Below are positions 1-12,968 of a stretch of DNA of 64,000 nucleotides, one piece after another; the stretch's first letter is position 1; each line of letters opens with the position of its first letter. Both the position numbers and the translations under genes were made by a program. The stretch comes from Octopus sinensis (Eukaryota). The notes under the pieces were generated by a model. It was not told where the DNA came from. It saw nothing but the letters and a program-made list of their open reading frames with translations, and made no database searches. The DNA is taken from contig NC_042999.1 of NCBI RefSeq assembly GCF_006345805.1, forward strand, positions 18,972,001 to 19,036,000, in the 5' to 3' direction.

Positions 1-399
1 GTCTCCCGCCCCTAAGCCCTAGACCATCGCCTAATCGCCCTTATCCGTCTTGTTGCTTAACAACAACACACACATATATGGATACACGCAGGATTGTACC
101 TAAGGATTCATGCTCTGGTTTCTATAACTTCTGGAAACTGAACTATGCTTCTTTTTCCTTCTTTCTTTTCATCTCCTTATCCCTTTACTGCCTTTCTCTA
201 TGTTACCAGCTTATTAATATAAGCCATTCTCATTTTCCATTTTCTTTCCCGCTATTTGTCTCTGATAACGGAATATCCCTTACTAGGGGATATCCCACAA
301 ACAGCTGTAAGATTTTGAATTACTTCCTATAATAATATTGTATATGGCTTGCAACGTTTACCTTGCCTTATGTTTGCTGTCCTATTTAACAATTATATA

Positions 400-432
<33 letters not shown>

Positions 433-709
433 AACGGTAAACTTCGCCCTTTTCAAGCCTAGACAGGCTCATGGGCCCGTTTCCCGGTTTCTGTGGCGTA
501 TATGTTCCTCCCAGTCAATTGCAGCGTTACTCAAGAAACAGGAAGAGAGAGTGAGAGAAAGTTGTGGCGAAAGAGTACAACAGATCACAACCACCCCTTA
601 CCGTAGCCTCGTGCACCTTTCTGGTATTTTACTCAATAACACAGGAAACGCCCGGTCTGGGAATCGAAACCGCGAGTCCGCTGCCCTAGCCACTGAGCCA
701 ATGCGCCTC
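433..709 (-). mobile_element. tRNA-derived SINE
   Basis: Reverse complement begins GAGGCGCATTGGCTCAGTGGCTAGGGCAGCGGACTCGCGGTTTCGATTCC, the same head as 36720 and 38083. Confidence 0.75.
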
Positions 710-712
710 ACA

Positions 713-743
<31 letters not shown>

Positions 744-780
744 CCACACACACACACACACACATACACACACATATATA

Positions 781-837
<57 letters not shown>

Positions 838-838
838 A
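710..838. repeat. (CA)n/(TA)n microsatellite
   Basis: Directly visible. Confidence 0.95.
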
Positions 839-868
839 ACGAGAAAGAAGTAACAAGAATGGATTGGT

Positions 869-959
869 TTTTAGTACAATTGTTTCATACAAAGACAGGC
901 TTTATTACAAGTTGCAAACATTGCAGCAGATAAAAGTGTCCCGTACTCATCAGCTAAAA
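869..959 (-). ncRNA. Type I hammerhead ribozyme (mirror copy)
   Basis: Reverse complement of 1501-1591 with intact core. Confidence 0.8.
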
Positions 960-1500
960 TACATTTGAGTTCTCTAGACATCTTAGTTGGTGAGGATATA
1001 CTCATGAGATATTGGAGATATTTCCATTAGAGGCAGATATAGGTTGTAAACAGTTTTCCAAAGTTCCTTAATGATGATGCACAGTCTTATCACAGATTTT
1101 TAAAAAACTTATTAGTTTCGAAGAGAAGATGAATCAATCCATAGTGTAGATTTAAATTTCCAGAGATATGAAGAGGATGATGCACAGACTTATCACAGGT
1201 TTTTAAAGACTTATTAGCTTCACAGAAAAGGTGAATTAATCCATAGTGAAGATTTACATTTCCAGTGATAAGATGAGGGATTTCATACTCACATCTCTGG
1301 AAATTTAAATCTACACTATGGATTGATTCATCTTCTCTTCGAAACTAATAAGTTTTTTGAAAATCTGTGATAAGACTGTGCATCATCATTAAGGAACTTT
1401 GGAACACTGTTTACAACCTATATCTGCCTCTAATGGAAATATCTCCAATATCTCATGAGTATAACCTCACCCACTAAGATGTCTAGAGAACTCAAATGTA

Positions 1501-1591
1501 TTTTAGCTGATGAGTACGGGACACTTTTATCTGCTGCAACTTTTGCAACTTGTAATAAAGCCTGTCTTTGTATGAAACAATTGTACTAAAA
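1501..1591 (+). ncRNA. Type I hammerhead ribozyme
   Basis: TTTTAG-CTGATGA-GTAC..(long stem II)..GTAT-GAAAC-AATT-GTA-CTAAAA: 6-bp stem I, full core, palindromic stem III ACAATTGT, GUA cleavage triplet. Confidence 0.85.
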
Positions 1592-4008
1592 ACCAATCCA
1601 TTCTTGTTGCTTCTTTCTCGTTTATAATCACCCCACATAACTGTATGGATAACACCATAGAGTTTTTCTGGTGCATCTAAGTTAAGTACCACATTCAAGT
1701 AAATTCATTGGAAGTTACTTGAATCTTAATTGCTTTGATTATATATATATATATATATATATACAAACAGACACACACACACATACACACACATTGTACA
1801 TAATATGGGCTGAGAAATTGCGCTATCATAGAAAACAGTAAAAGGAGGCAAGAATCCTTTGCATCAAATTATTTGTTGCCATATAACATTTGCATATTTT
1901 GAAAATATTGCAGAAATAAATAATACTAGCGCCGTGTAATATACAAAACTTGATGCAAACGGAAACAACCTATTTCCTCAACAACGAAAAATAAATAACG
2001 ATCATAATAATTCATTCCACTATAGACACAATTCCTGAAATTTTGAAGAATTGGATTAATTGATTACGTCGACTCCATTGCTCAGCTTGTACTTATTTCA
2101 TCGACTCGGAAAGAAAGACCGCGAAGTCGACCACGAAATTATTATAACTACCCTTATTCCTTAAGGGATTAGATTCAACGCACAGCCGAGATTAGATTCA
2201 ATGCAAAAACAGGGATTAGATTCAATGCAAAAACAGCCGAGTTGTAATTCTTAAGAGTTGAAACATATATCACTTGTATCCCTTCAGATCATAAGGTCAC
2301 CAGGAAGAAAAGTGATAATGAATGCGCAGTTACCTTGAAATTGAAAATATGTGGTGTATGTAGAAAACGAGTTTGAAAGTAATATAATAGCAAGAGCTCT
2401 CACAAATGAGAATACTAAAAAGGAATCTGACCACTCTCAGAAATTAAGTAAAGAAGCAGTAAAAATAATTTAAAATCCTTGTTCGATGCCTCATCGATCC
2501 CAACGATAGTCATAGAATGTGAACACGACTTGAAAAGCAACACCTCTGCTTTCACTAAGGCGGAGGTAACTAGATAATTATGTATGATAAAGCTGAATAT
2601 CAACATAATTTCTTTTAAATATTCATACAGGCTGTAGAAATGGTGATTCCGTTAAGGACTAATCAAGCTACCTACAAATGCCACACACAAACTCTACACC
2701 ACCATGACCTTATAATGAACACAATGGGAAACCGATATAACGATAAGGTTATCCACTAATGATATAACATGTACGGAAACAACTCAACACATGTTCTACT
2801 CAACTGTGGTCCGAAAATACAATGCCTATGATAAATCGCATAGCACATATTTTACACTACAACCACAGCTTGAACTCTCTAAAGATACAACGGAATGTGT
2901 ACAAAAGACATAAAATAGTACGGAATAAAGACATCGTAAACGAACAGGGTTCTAGACTCCCAAACAACAATGCGGTTCAGCAACAAGATCTTGAAAAACA
3001 ATTGTTGAAATAGCAACAATTAAAGCACGTAGCGATTGGTTATTGAGAATAGATTGAAACTATAAGCATTAGTACGGCGTGTAGGTCTCTGATTTCTACT
3101 AAATTAAGCTCGACGTGTGTTAACAATCCAGGGGATCGGATTTGAGTTTTGAAGGGAGGGATTGAACTCACGAACAGAACCCAACGATAAATTAATTTGT
3201 TTAGCAGATTTATCATCTATTGTTCTACCAAATAATCCATGCCGACATATTAAGTGCCTTCTGAAAAGAGGCGGTTTCACTGTTGATGATTAGATAGTGG
3301 CTTGAAAAATTTCCCTCTCTGAAATTAAAGAAATATAACTATTATAAATTATCTGCTGATTCAAGTATCATCAAAACACTTACGTGAAGAAAAATGAGAA
3401 TTTCAGTGACAGCAAATTCTCATATCAACTATAAATCAATACACACACACACATATATACACGATATCATTGATATTTAACATTTGATTTATTCCAATAA
3501 CATAAATAATCTACTTAGTAAAGAGATGATTTGACGAGAAATAACGCGAAAACGATGATATTTTATAACACACACACACACAAGAACATACATAAACTTT
3601 TCTTTCTCACACTCTCATTCTTAAATCACTATTCAGCATATAAACAAACAGCGAAAAAAAAAACATTTGTCTGGCGCATAAACTCCACATAAATCTAATC
3701 AACCAATCTCGAATTTGTGTTTTCAACACGTCTGTATACAAATTTGCGTCTCATTCGTCAACAAGGCAGCGTTTGCAGTCACTTTTGGCGCATTGCCATG
3801 AAGAAAATTAGATCTACGAGACTCGTCTGGCTATTAAACATGTCTATTGGGATTATCCTACATCCTTTAGCAAGTATAACGAGGACAATTTTACGGTCCC
3901 TAAGAATTGTAACAAATGAAATAAGGATGCTGTAGTTGTGCTAATGATTACTGTTGTTGATTTTGTTAAAACTTGTTGCGTAGCCTTACACGAGCCGTTG
4001 TCTTGTAA

Positions 4009-4472
4009 ATCTGGGATCTTTTCGGTTCGAACGGCAGTTTTTCTAGCGGTGTGATATGAAATTGTCACCCATAATTATGACTAGTATCGATCTATTGCAT
4101 TTCAATCTGTTATAAGGTTAGGGTTAGTTAGGGTTGGTTAGGGTTAGCTAGGGTTAGGGTTAGAGTTAGGGGTGGGGAAAGAGTATCTTTTTTCTTCAGA
4201 AATGTTAATAAACCCAATCTGTTTCTTAAACGAGGGACATATTCATACGGCACAGAATGTTTTCGCCTCAATAGACGTATTTGATTAGTTGAAATTGCAG
4301 AAATTGAAGAAAAAGAACACAAATATCTTACAAACTATAGAATTTTCTCAATAAAGCTAAGAGAAAAATATGTTTTATAAACACATTCTACCAGTATACG
4401 AAGTTTAAAAGTATTTAGGTACGTGCAAATTATTTTAAAAAACTGCCTTTCAAACCGAAAAGATCCCAGATC
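4009..4472. mobile_element. MITE-like element with ~34-bp TIRs and internal TTAGGG-like run
   Basis: ATCTGGGATCTTTTCGGTTCGAACGGCAGTTTTT (4009-4042) vs AAAAACTGCCTTTTCAAACCGAAAAGATCCCAGAT (4438-4472); degenerate TTAGGG at 4115-4172; TSD unresolved. Confidence 0.75.
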
Positions 4473-4533
4473 TGCGATAAAATGTGCTGTCTATCAGTGA
4501 ATATTCAACTTCCTTTTTAGAATATCTAGGTGT

Positions 4534-4740
4534 TATTACTTCCGCCTGGGCGGAGGTATTGATTTTAGTCGTGTATGTTTTTTTTGTTTCTCCGTGAACG
4601 AGATAACACGGGAACTGCTGAATGGATTAGGATGAAACTTTCAGGGATATTTGGCCTCGTGAGTGGCACGAACTTATTATATTTTGGGATCGATCCCGTA
4701 ACGGACAAAGATTCTCGATTATTTAAAAAAATTTACTTTA
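4534..4740 (+). mobile_element. Helentron/HINE-like non-autonomous fragment
   Basis: Starts TTATTACTTCCGCCTGGGCGGAGGTATTG (terminal hairpin), followed by GATAACACGGGAACTGCTGAATGGATTAGGATGAAACTTTCAGG, resembling DINE/HINE-type elements. Confidence 0.5.
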
Positions 4741-5049
4741 CATGAAGTATAAGGATGTTATGCTCTTTCTCTGGTTATCTCTCTTGAAATCAGGCTCATG
4801 ATTTCCACGTAAGCCACGATGGCGTTGCTGTTTCCAAAGTTTTATTTTCGTAAACTCTATTAATAATTTTAATCTCAAACTTCATAAAGAAATGGCAGCA
4901 AAACCGTTCAGAAATTAGCACTAAGCTATTCAGTAACAATAATAAATTTACTTTATCCTCCACAATCTTTAGTTTTACCCATTTTGAAAATATCGCTCCT
5001 GTTTAAAACCTCTTACCTACTTGACAATTGCATTTCTAGCTCTGTTTTG

Positions 5050-5290
5050 AAGGAAGCTTTCATTCTTGAACTCACGTTTTTGTGCTCAACGATGTTGTAA
5101 AACCTCCGTTAAGAGCACCCTATACAGGTCCCTTCCGTTTTCTTTCACGCTCGGATAAATTCTTCACTCTAGACATCAATGGTCGTAAAGACACTATATC
5201 AGTGGCTAGAATAAAAAATATCTTCATAGAGAAAACTGTCCCTCTTCCAGCAGCAGATGACACACATAGAATACCAGCATAGTAATCACA
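5050..5290 (+). pseudogene. Ty3/Gypsy pol C-terminal (post-integrase GPY/F) fragment
   Basis: VFVLNDVVKPPLRAPYTGPFRFLSRSDKFFTLDINGRKDTISVARIK. Confidence 0.75.
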
Positions 5291-5586
5291 AACACGGCCG
5301 GCAAACCCATCTTCACATTTCATGACTACCGTTGGAATCGATGGGGAAAGCATATGACTATAGTATTAAGTCTTTGAATTTTCATAACTGTGATGTGTAA
5401 AAAGTAAAACCACAACATTTAATGACAAAACAATAATCTTGCACCTTTGTTTATTTCAGTGAATAAATAAAAACACATTTCCAAAACTATTTACTATTTT
5501 GGTGGTGGAGTGAAAAAATCCCCTTCAGTAATTTTGTTTCTCTGAATACTGAACTGTAGCAACTAATATTTATTGCATATCACATA

Positions 5587-5810
5587 TATATTTCTTTATT
5601 GCCTACAGGGGCCTAAACACAGAGAGGACAAACAAAGGGATTAAGTCGATTACATCGACCCCAGTGCGTAACTGGTACTTATTTAATCGACCCCGAAAGG
5701 ATGAAAGGCAAAGTACGCCTCGGCGGAATTTGAACTCAGAACGTAACAGCAGACGAAATACCGCTGAACATTTCGCCCGGCATGCTAACGATTCTGCCAA
5801 GAATATTATA
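5587..5810 (-). mobile_element. tRNA-derived SINE (GGGYAATAAAGAAATA-tail family)
   Basis: Core GACCCCAGTGCGTAACTGGTACTTATTTAATCGACCCCGAAAGGATGAAAGGC shared with 31010, 37600, 45925, 60625. Confidence 0.8.
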
Positions 5811-7254
5811 CGTTATACCAAATGTTTCAAAAGTAACATAATTTGCTTTTTCAGGTATTACTTTCGATCGAAAGTCTGTCGTCATTTACTTCCAGGAAAG
5901 AGATGGCCATAAAAATATAAGTTTGGTGGAAAAGACATGTTGCTGCTATTTACTCCTGTAACACAGTGGTCCTCGTGGGTCAGGCGAAATACATATACAA
6001 CCATAGAAGGTAGACCACGTCGGCAATAGTGATGTTGTAAGGAAAGTAGGTGAGAGGATAACAAAACAAATGTTTCAAACGTGTTAGTAGCTTTACTGGG
6101 TATGATGGAAGAATAAACACATTCAATTACGAAGTATCCATCGAATTAATGAAAAGAGAAATTAAGATGAAAGAGATAATTATAATGAAATGAAATAAAG
6201 GAGTGCAGAAATAGCAGACATCGGTCATGTTCAAATTACTATAATCACTTGGACATGTCAACTCCTATTACATATAAATTATTCTATTGATTTTACTAGC
6301 TTTAAATGCGATACAAAAACAGTGACTAAGGCATGCGACAGTTGTTTAGTCTAGACTTTTTGCTCTACTTACAGATGTCAACTTTCGACTAAGTTTCCCC
6401 TTCGAATACAATGGCGTGTGTGAGATGAGAATTGATAGTTTCACATGAGAAATTAACACCACGGAATACGTGCGTATTGTTAACCACTTTAAAATCTCAC
6501 ACGGCCGCCATTAATCATTAAGGTAGTTAGCAATAGTCTAGCAGTTAATAACAGTAAATTACATTGAAGTGGGTAAGACAGATGTACCTGTTGACAACGG
6601 GTATTCAAATAGTTTGTGCTATTGTATATAAAAGTGATGCGGATACAAAATTGAGGCAATAACAAGCCCTCGGTGTTTTATGGTGATCATTTCACGGTTG
6701 CTAAACTCAAGTTCGGTTTCATTTTATACAGAAGGTCTTCGTGCTTGTTATGACAACCTTTTGTCTTTTATCTTTTACCATTTACTTGCTTCAGTCATCA
6801 ATTCGAAGCCATAAATCCAGGCCTAGAACAAAATAAGGAGACCCCCTGAAAAATTAGTCATGGAAATATCTCGATCAGAATTTTAAGAGAAATGTTAGTA
6901 ACTGGTGATAAATTCTAGTAAAGACACAAAATTAGTTTATACATATAACGAATATGTATCGTGTAAGCCACCTAAAGAAACATTTTGATTTCCATGCTCG
7001 TTGATTTTCACACTTTACAAATGTATTTGTAAATTAATTGAATAAAATCAAAGATAAACCTAAGAATAATAACAAAGTTATTATTACTTACATCACATCT
7101 TACCTGCAATATATTTTTACGCAATTTCAATAAAAATACACACATGGTGAAGACATAGATGACTGGTTAAGGATCACGCTATGCAACGACTACACGATTT
7201 CGAGTTCACACTCACTGCGTGACATATCTTAGTCACGTATTTTCTGGTACAGAA

Positions 7255-7487
7255 CCGGCGCCAGCCAATTCCGTTTTGAGAGAAACTGATGTTATCCAAG
7301 GGAAAGGCAAAGGCCGATACAGCTTCGTACCAGTGACATCGCAACTCATTTCTACAGCTGATTGAACTGCAGCAACGTGAAATAAGTATCTTGCTCAAGA
7401 ACACAACACGCAGCCCGGCCTGGGAATTGAACTTACGACCTCACAATAGTAAGCTCGATACTCTAACCACTGAGCCACGTGCCTTCA
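7255..7487 (-). mobile_element. tRNA-derived SINE
   Basis: Matches 26275-26616 (TTGCTCAAGAACACAACACGCAGCCCGG ... AACCACTGAGCCACG). Confidence 0.75.
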
Positions 7488-9317
7488 CAAATATGAGAAT
7501 ATATTCCTCAGTAAATTACATAGCAGTATTTTCTTAACCGTTTTTTAGTATTATTCAAGGAATATTTCGTAGTCTTTATCAACAGGCTGACCATGAATAT
7601 ACGTGGATTACTGGTTAGTGTGGCATTCAGGACCGTACAGTCAAGATTTCGAATCTAAGTGTTACACTGTTTTTTTTTTTTTTTACAAAGAACTTCATTT
7701 CACGTTGCTACAGTTCACTTATCTCTAAAAGAGTTCAAGCGTTCAGGAGGAAATGTTATGTTCTCGATCACTTATATGTCATGGTAACTAGATAACTGAC
7801 TCTGTATGTCTAGGACACGTGAATGTAGTGTCTATCGGATTTATTATCAGTAGACATTACGTGTGTCAAGACGTATAAACAAATATTAGTCTTTTTTTAA
7901 TGCACTCGTTATTCAAGACGTTTAACCAAATATCATCGAGTTAATTTTGTAATGCAAGAGTATTTTTAATAGATTTGAAACAACTTAAGCTTGCTGGGCA
8001 TTTAAAAACCTGAAAACTCCAACATGTCAATGTATAAATATGGTTCCTGGTGTTATATCAAAACATGTTGAGTGCTAAAAATTAGGCACATGACTGTGTT
8101 CGACAAGGTATATTATGCAGCTAAAGGTATACATTAAGGCCTAGGAAAGTGTTTGGTCACTTCAGGTAATCTCTTGGTTAGTCTTCAATACAAGTTTCTG
8201 ATAAGATATCTACTTCCTACTGTTTAAAATATTTCTGTGAATCCTGTTCTAACAACGCATATGTTTGTTCCCAATCACCAAGGGAAGATAAAATATAACT
8301 TGAATACATTTGAAATGATAAATATTTAAGAAAAATGTTGCCAAATGTTTCTACAACAGATATTTATTTACGAAACCTTCCCTCTCTCTTTCCATGTTTT
8401 TTTCCCTTTGGTTTTATATATTTATTTATGTTAGTTTATAAAGAAAAGCAAATAATATTAAAGAATCCTTACAATAAAATGTCTGATTTGTGTGTTAGTA
8501 CGGTTAAAGCAGCTGTGCGCTTTAAAAAAAATGGAGCCTGAAAAATAGAACAATTCAATACATTACCATTATCATCATAATTCTTTTTTTCCGCATCCGC
8601 ACATTTATCATCCTCACATTCATCGTCATCAACATCATCACCATTATTATTATGGCTTTCCTAAGGAGCCACTTTTTTTTTTAACCCCGTTTACTTTTTT
8701 CTGTTTTCAAATGTTGGCAAGCGTTACTCAGATAAAGTATTCTATTCATCAATATTTGAATATGGTCTACGCTTTACGATATTATAAAACAAAATAATGC
8801 AGCATGGAGGAGCAAATTACGAATAACAGCAACGACTGTTGGTGATCTGCTATGAGAAAAAAAGCGAAACGCAAACGATGTTAATGAAAAAAGAAAATGG
8901 CTGCATATTCCAGCAGTTTAGTCGCTCGCTAAAACTAATTAGGTGAATTTGAAAATAGCCAGTTTGTTACATATCCCTTCGTATACCAGTAAATATATCT
9001 ATAGTAAATTCAGTCGGTCATTGCCAAACTTGCCGGAAGCAAAAAGAATGTTTTTTATAAAAACAAAATAAAATAATTCATGAATATTCATTGCCTGGTC
9101 AGGCTAAAAGTATAACTACGTCCATTTTATTGGAAAAGGTGTTCTAGGAATTTTTTGACTCTTTCGCTATTTGTATAAGGTTGCCAAATCTGTAGTGACT
9201 GCCAGCAAATTTATCGACTAGTTAATTGCTTTTGTATAAAAAGAATACAAAGCGTATATGCGTTCCTCTTTTGTATGTTGTGTGTTGCAGAAATAACAGT
9301 TTTGATTATATATTTAG

Positions 9318-9407
9318 GTGAACAATGATTTCATCGGAGAACCTGATACTACTTTACTAATTGTCATTTCTGCAGTTATTGCAATTGAGTTTTGTTTCGA
9401 GGTTATA
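9318..9407 (+). CDS. Candidate isolated host exon (30 aa, hydrophobic)
   Basis: TTTAG|90 nt open phase-0 frame VNNDFIGEPDTTLLIVISAVIAIEFCFEVI|GTACGT; no partner exons identified. Confidence 0.3.
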
Positions 9408-10872
9408 GTACGTATTCCTTATTTTAAACTGTGTTTATATATTTTAATATGTTGATGGTACCTGTCTGTGACCACGGGTACGTTGTCAACATGTATTTAT
9501 AATTTTTCTTTATATACGCTATTGGCAAAATATTTTCCTGGGCATTACTTTAATACATTTTTTTGTACGGTTGGTAATTAGAACCAAGACATTTGGGATG
9601 TTACACAAAATTAACCGGCACCTCACGGTTCCAAGAACCATACAACAATGTTTATAGATGATGATAAACGTATAGCACATTGAGTACATTCTCTGGGATC
9701 CTGTTCAAACTCGGTACATCGAGGTCCTTCTCTTCTCTCACTTTCTGCATTGAAAAGGCAATTTCTGTCCTGTCTTTATATTCGCATCTACTGGTATGTT
9801 GCTAGAGTTTTTCATTTCCATTATCTACATTAGCTTTTCTAATTTCATTTCAAACACATACCGACACAAATTAATTCCTAAGTTGCTTTCACCTAAACCC
9901 ACTCAACTCACATCAAACCTACAATGACCTACCCAAAATCCGTCTAGTTCCTTATGTCTTTGTGGCTTAGATACTAACGTTTTGGCTAAGACTAACCACC
10001 TGTTCTAATGACATCATTAACACCATCCTGTCTGTTATACTATCTGATATACTCTCCGGCTGTCAATATTGACTGTACATCCGACCTTTTGCTCAATAAC
10101 AACAGATCAAACCCTCTTTCTTCTCTCATTTTCAAATCGAACGCTTGTGACCCACCATCCTATATATTTTTGCTTTTCCAAATTCAACCATCAGCCTTCT
10201 ATAACTTTTCACAATACCACCTCCCTTGCTTCTATTGAAGCTTGTAGATCAGTTCCAGCATATATTTCTTTCATCCCTTGTCATACTCATTGAACCCGCA
10301 GTTAATATAATTGTTATTCATCGGATTGAATACAGCTGTACTCACCGACATGAATGAATGGCTTACTTTCCTCCAACGTGTATTTCCTAACACACACCAA
10401 CTTAAATTCTCATAGAGGTTTTTAATCATATTTTCTCCATAACAAAATCACATAAACTCTGCAGGTATATATTTTATGTCTTGTTTACACCGTCAATACA
10501 ATATATGTTATATACACATAAACTTCACTAGCATATGTTAATCCTCCTCTCTTTGAGAGATAACAATATATATATACATATTCATATACATTTTACTCTT
10601 GATCAAATAAAAATACTACGCAATAAATTCCTGGTCCACAACATTCGCATATTATAAATCCTAATTGCAAGCTCAATCTCTATACGTGCGAATACACTTA
10701 TTCACTTACAATCTCTTTCTTTCTCCCTCAAACACCACTGATGACTTGAATTCTCGTAGTCACATATAAAAGCGTGAACGTACGCACACACACACACTTG
10801 CACACCCCCCCATATATATATACATACATACGTACACACATACATATATATATATAGAGAGAGATATAGATA

Positions 10873-11251
10873 GGCGCAGGAGAGGCTGTGGGGTAAGTAG
10901 CTTGTTTACCAACCACATGGTTCTGGGTTCAGTTCCACTGCGTGGCACCTTGGGCAAGTGTGTTCTACTATAGCCCCGGGCTGACAAATGCCTTGTGAGT
11001 GGATTTGGTAGACGGAAACTGAAAGAAGCCTGTCGTATATATATATATATATATACATATGTATGTGTATGTATATGTTTGTGTGTCTGCTGGTGTGTTT
11101 ATGTCCCCGTTACTTAGCGGTTCGGCAAAAGAACCGATAGAATAAGTATTGGGCTTACAAAGAATAAGTCCCGGGATCGATTTGCTCGACTAAAAGCCGG
11201 GCTCCAGCATGGCCGCAGTCAAATGACTGAAACAAGTAAAAGAGTAAAAGA

Positions 11252-11252
<1 letters not shown>
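10873..11252 (+). mobile_element. CORE-like tRNA-derived SINE with internal microsatellite
   Basis: GGCGCAGGAG..GCGTGGCACCTTGGGCAAGTG..; tail GAGTAAAAGAG. Confidence 0.85.
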
Positions 11253-11294
<42 letters not shown>

Positions 11295-11309
11295 ATCCAA
11301 ACAAGAAAA

Positions 11310-11480
11310 CACAGAAAAAAAGAGAAAAAAAACACAGCAACGCGAGGACGTGGAACAATTAAAGTATAATTGACGCTCAGGAAAGAAGGGAAGGAAGGAG
11401 TAACGTTTCGAGCGGAGCTCTTCGTCGGAAAGAAGGAGAAGGAAAGATCCCAAGAAGGGAAGACAGAGGAAAAAATATTT
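11310..11480 (-). mobile_element. Penelope-like terminal fragment with degenerate minimal hammerhead-like motif
   Basis: Minus strand CCGACGAA-GAGC-TCC-GCTC-GAAACGTT; homologous to 48700-48860. Confidence 0.4.
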
Positions 11481-11892
11481 TTGCTGGTAGTGCTCAAGAG
11501 ATCACATGTATATATATATGCGAGTACACACACACATAGACATAGGCAAACACTATTCATTACGTCATCGTCGCGCATATTTCATTTTCCCCACGTACGC
11601 GCATTATACTGAAAACCACTCTTCCTACTTACTACTGTCTGCCAATCCAGCACAATTTATCTTTAAGGATCCAGCATTGTTTATTTCCCTTTCAAAATAT
11701 TTCATTCTTTTATCTCTTTCTACTGATATTAAGAAAGGAAAACTGTCCGAAACATCGATATCTATTCCTATCATTCACACTGCATTGTATATACATTACA
11801 TTATTTTCTTTTCTCTTTTTACGTAATTTTCTGACATATTTCTTCTCGCCATTTAACCTCGATATACATACATATACACTTATATATATATA

Positions 11893-11997
<105 letters not shown>

Positions 11998-12440
11998 ATC
12001 GTTAACTGAGACGAAATTCAATACTTACTGATATGGGGGATTACTCTATTTGCATTGCATTTATATAACATCGATATCTATTGCAACTACACAGCCTTAC
12101 AATCACTAACGTCTGAATCAAATATGTTTCTGTGCTATCTTTACAGTCGCTCAGCATTATTTATAAGAATATAAACTAGATAAGAGACCAATATCACAAA
12201 ACAATATAGTATAAGGATACACGTGACTGAAGGGAATCGCATATAAGATAATTCCTTCAATGTTCGGCACAAGGCCAAGAATGTAAAGAGCAGCTTTAAT
12301 CGATAGCAATGGCTGGTACTTCATTTCGCCTTCGATTCAATTGTTAAGTAACACTGATACAAGGGGCATATTTTTAGAAATATATTTGTGATTAATTGAC
12401 TCAAAAACTTAACTCGTCCTCAATTATTTTACTCAATATA

Positions 12441-12968
12441 TTGCGTTGTCCGGAAAGTTCGTGCCGATTTATAGTAGCTAACCTTGCGACTTATTTTAGA
12501 ACATTGTTGAGTCCAGAAAATAGGATTTGACTACACCTCCATTAATAGTATAGTTTAAGCTATCTTTTCGTGGAAGAAGATTTATGTTCCTATAACCTGT
12601 GTTCATTCTGTAACCCTTTAAAATGGAAGATGAGGAAGTTCCTTTTCGGCACTTGATGCTTTGGGAACCCCACCCTCCATATTCACTAGATATTGCTCCT
12701 TCGGATTTCAATTTATTCAGGTCTCTGCAGAATAGTCTTAATGGTAAAAATTTCAATTCTTTGGATGACGTAAAAAGATACCTTGATGATTTTTTTGCAA
12801 TGAAACAACATCAATTCTGGGAAAAGGGTATTTTCAACTTAAAGGAAAGCTAGAGATGCATTGTGCGACAAAATGGTTCATATTTGGTTGATTGAAAATA
12901 TAACGGCAAGTATTTATTGACCTTATCCTTTCCTTTAAAAATCGACATGAACTTTTCGGACAACCCAA
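12441..12968 (+). mobile_element. Internally deleted mariner (Tc1/mariner), 528 bp
   Basis: ~30-bp TIRs (TTGCGTTGTCCGGAAAGTTCGTGCCGATTT), TA on both flanks, ORF 12623-12853 with PHPPYSLDIAPSDFNLF (YSPDL motif). Confidence 0.9.

Larger units (their letters stand above)
835..1626. repeat. Long inverted repeat (arms ~835-1167 and ~1293-1626), probable Penelope-like pseudo-LTR pair
   Basis: Arms are near-perfect reverse complements; spacer holds a diverged ~100-bp tandem copy of the inner arm; each arm has a hammerhead motif. Confidence 0.9.

Noticed and set aside
4115-4172. TTAGGG run as a real telomere or fusion site
   Set aside because: Short, degenerate and internal to a MITE.
5853-6009. 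Exon-like segment after TTTTTCAG
   Set aside because: Stop codons in all three frames.
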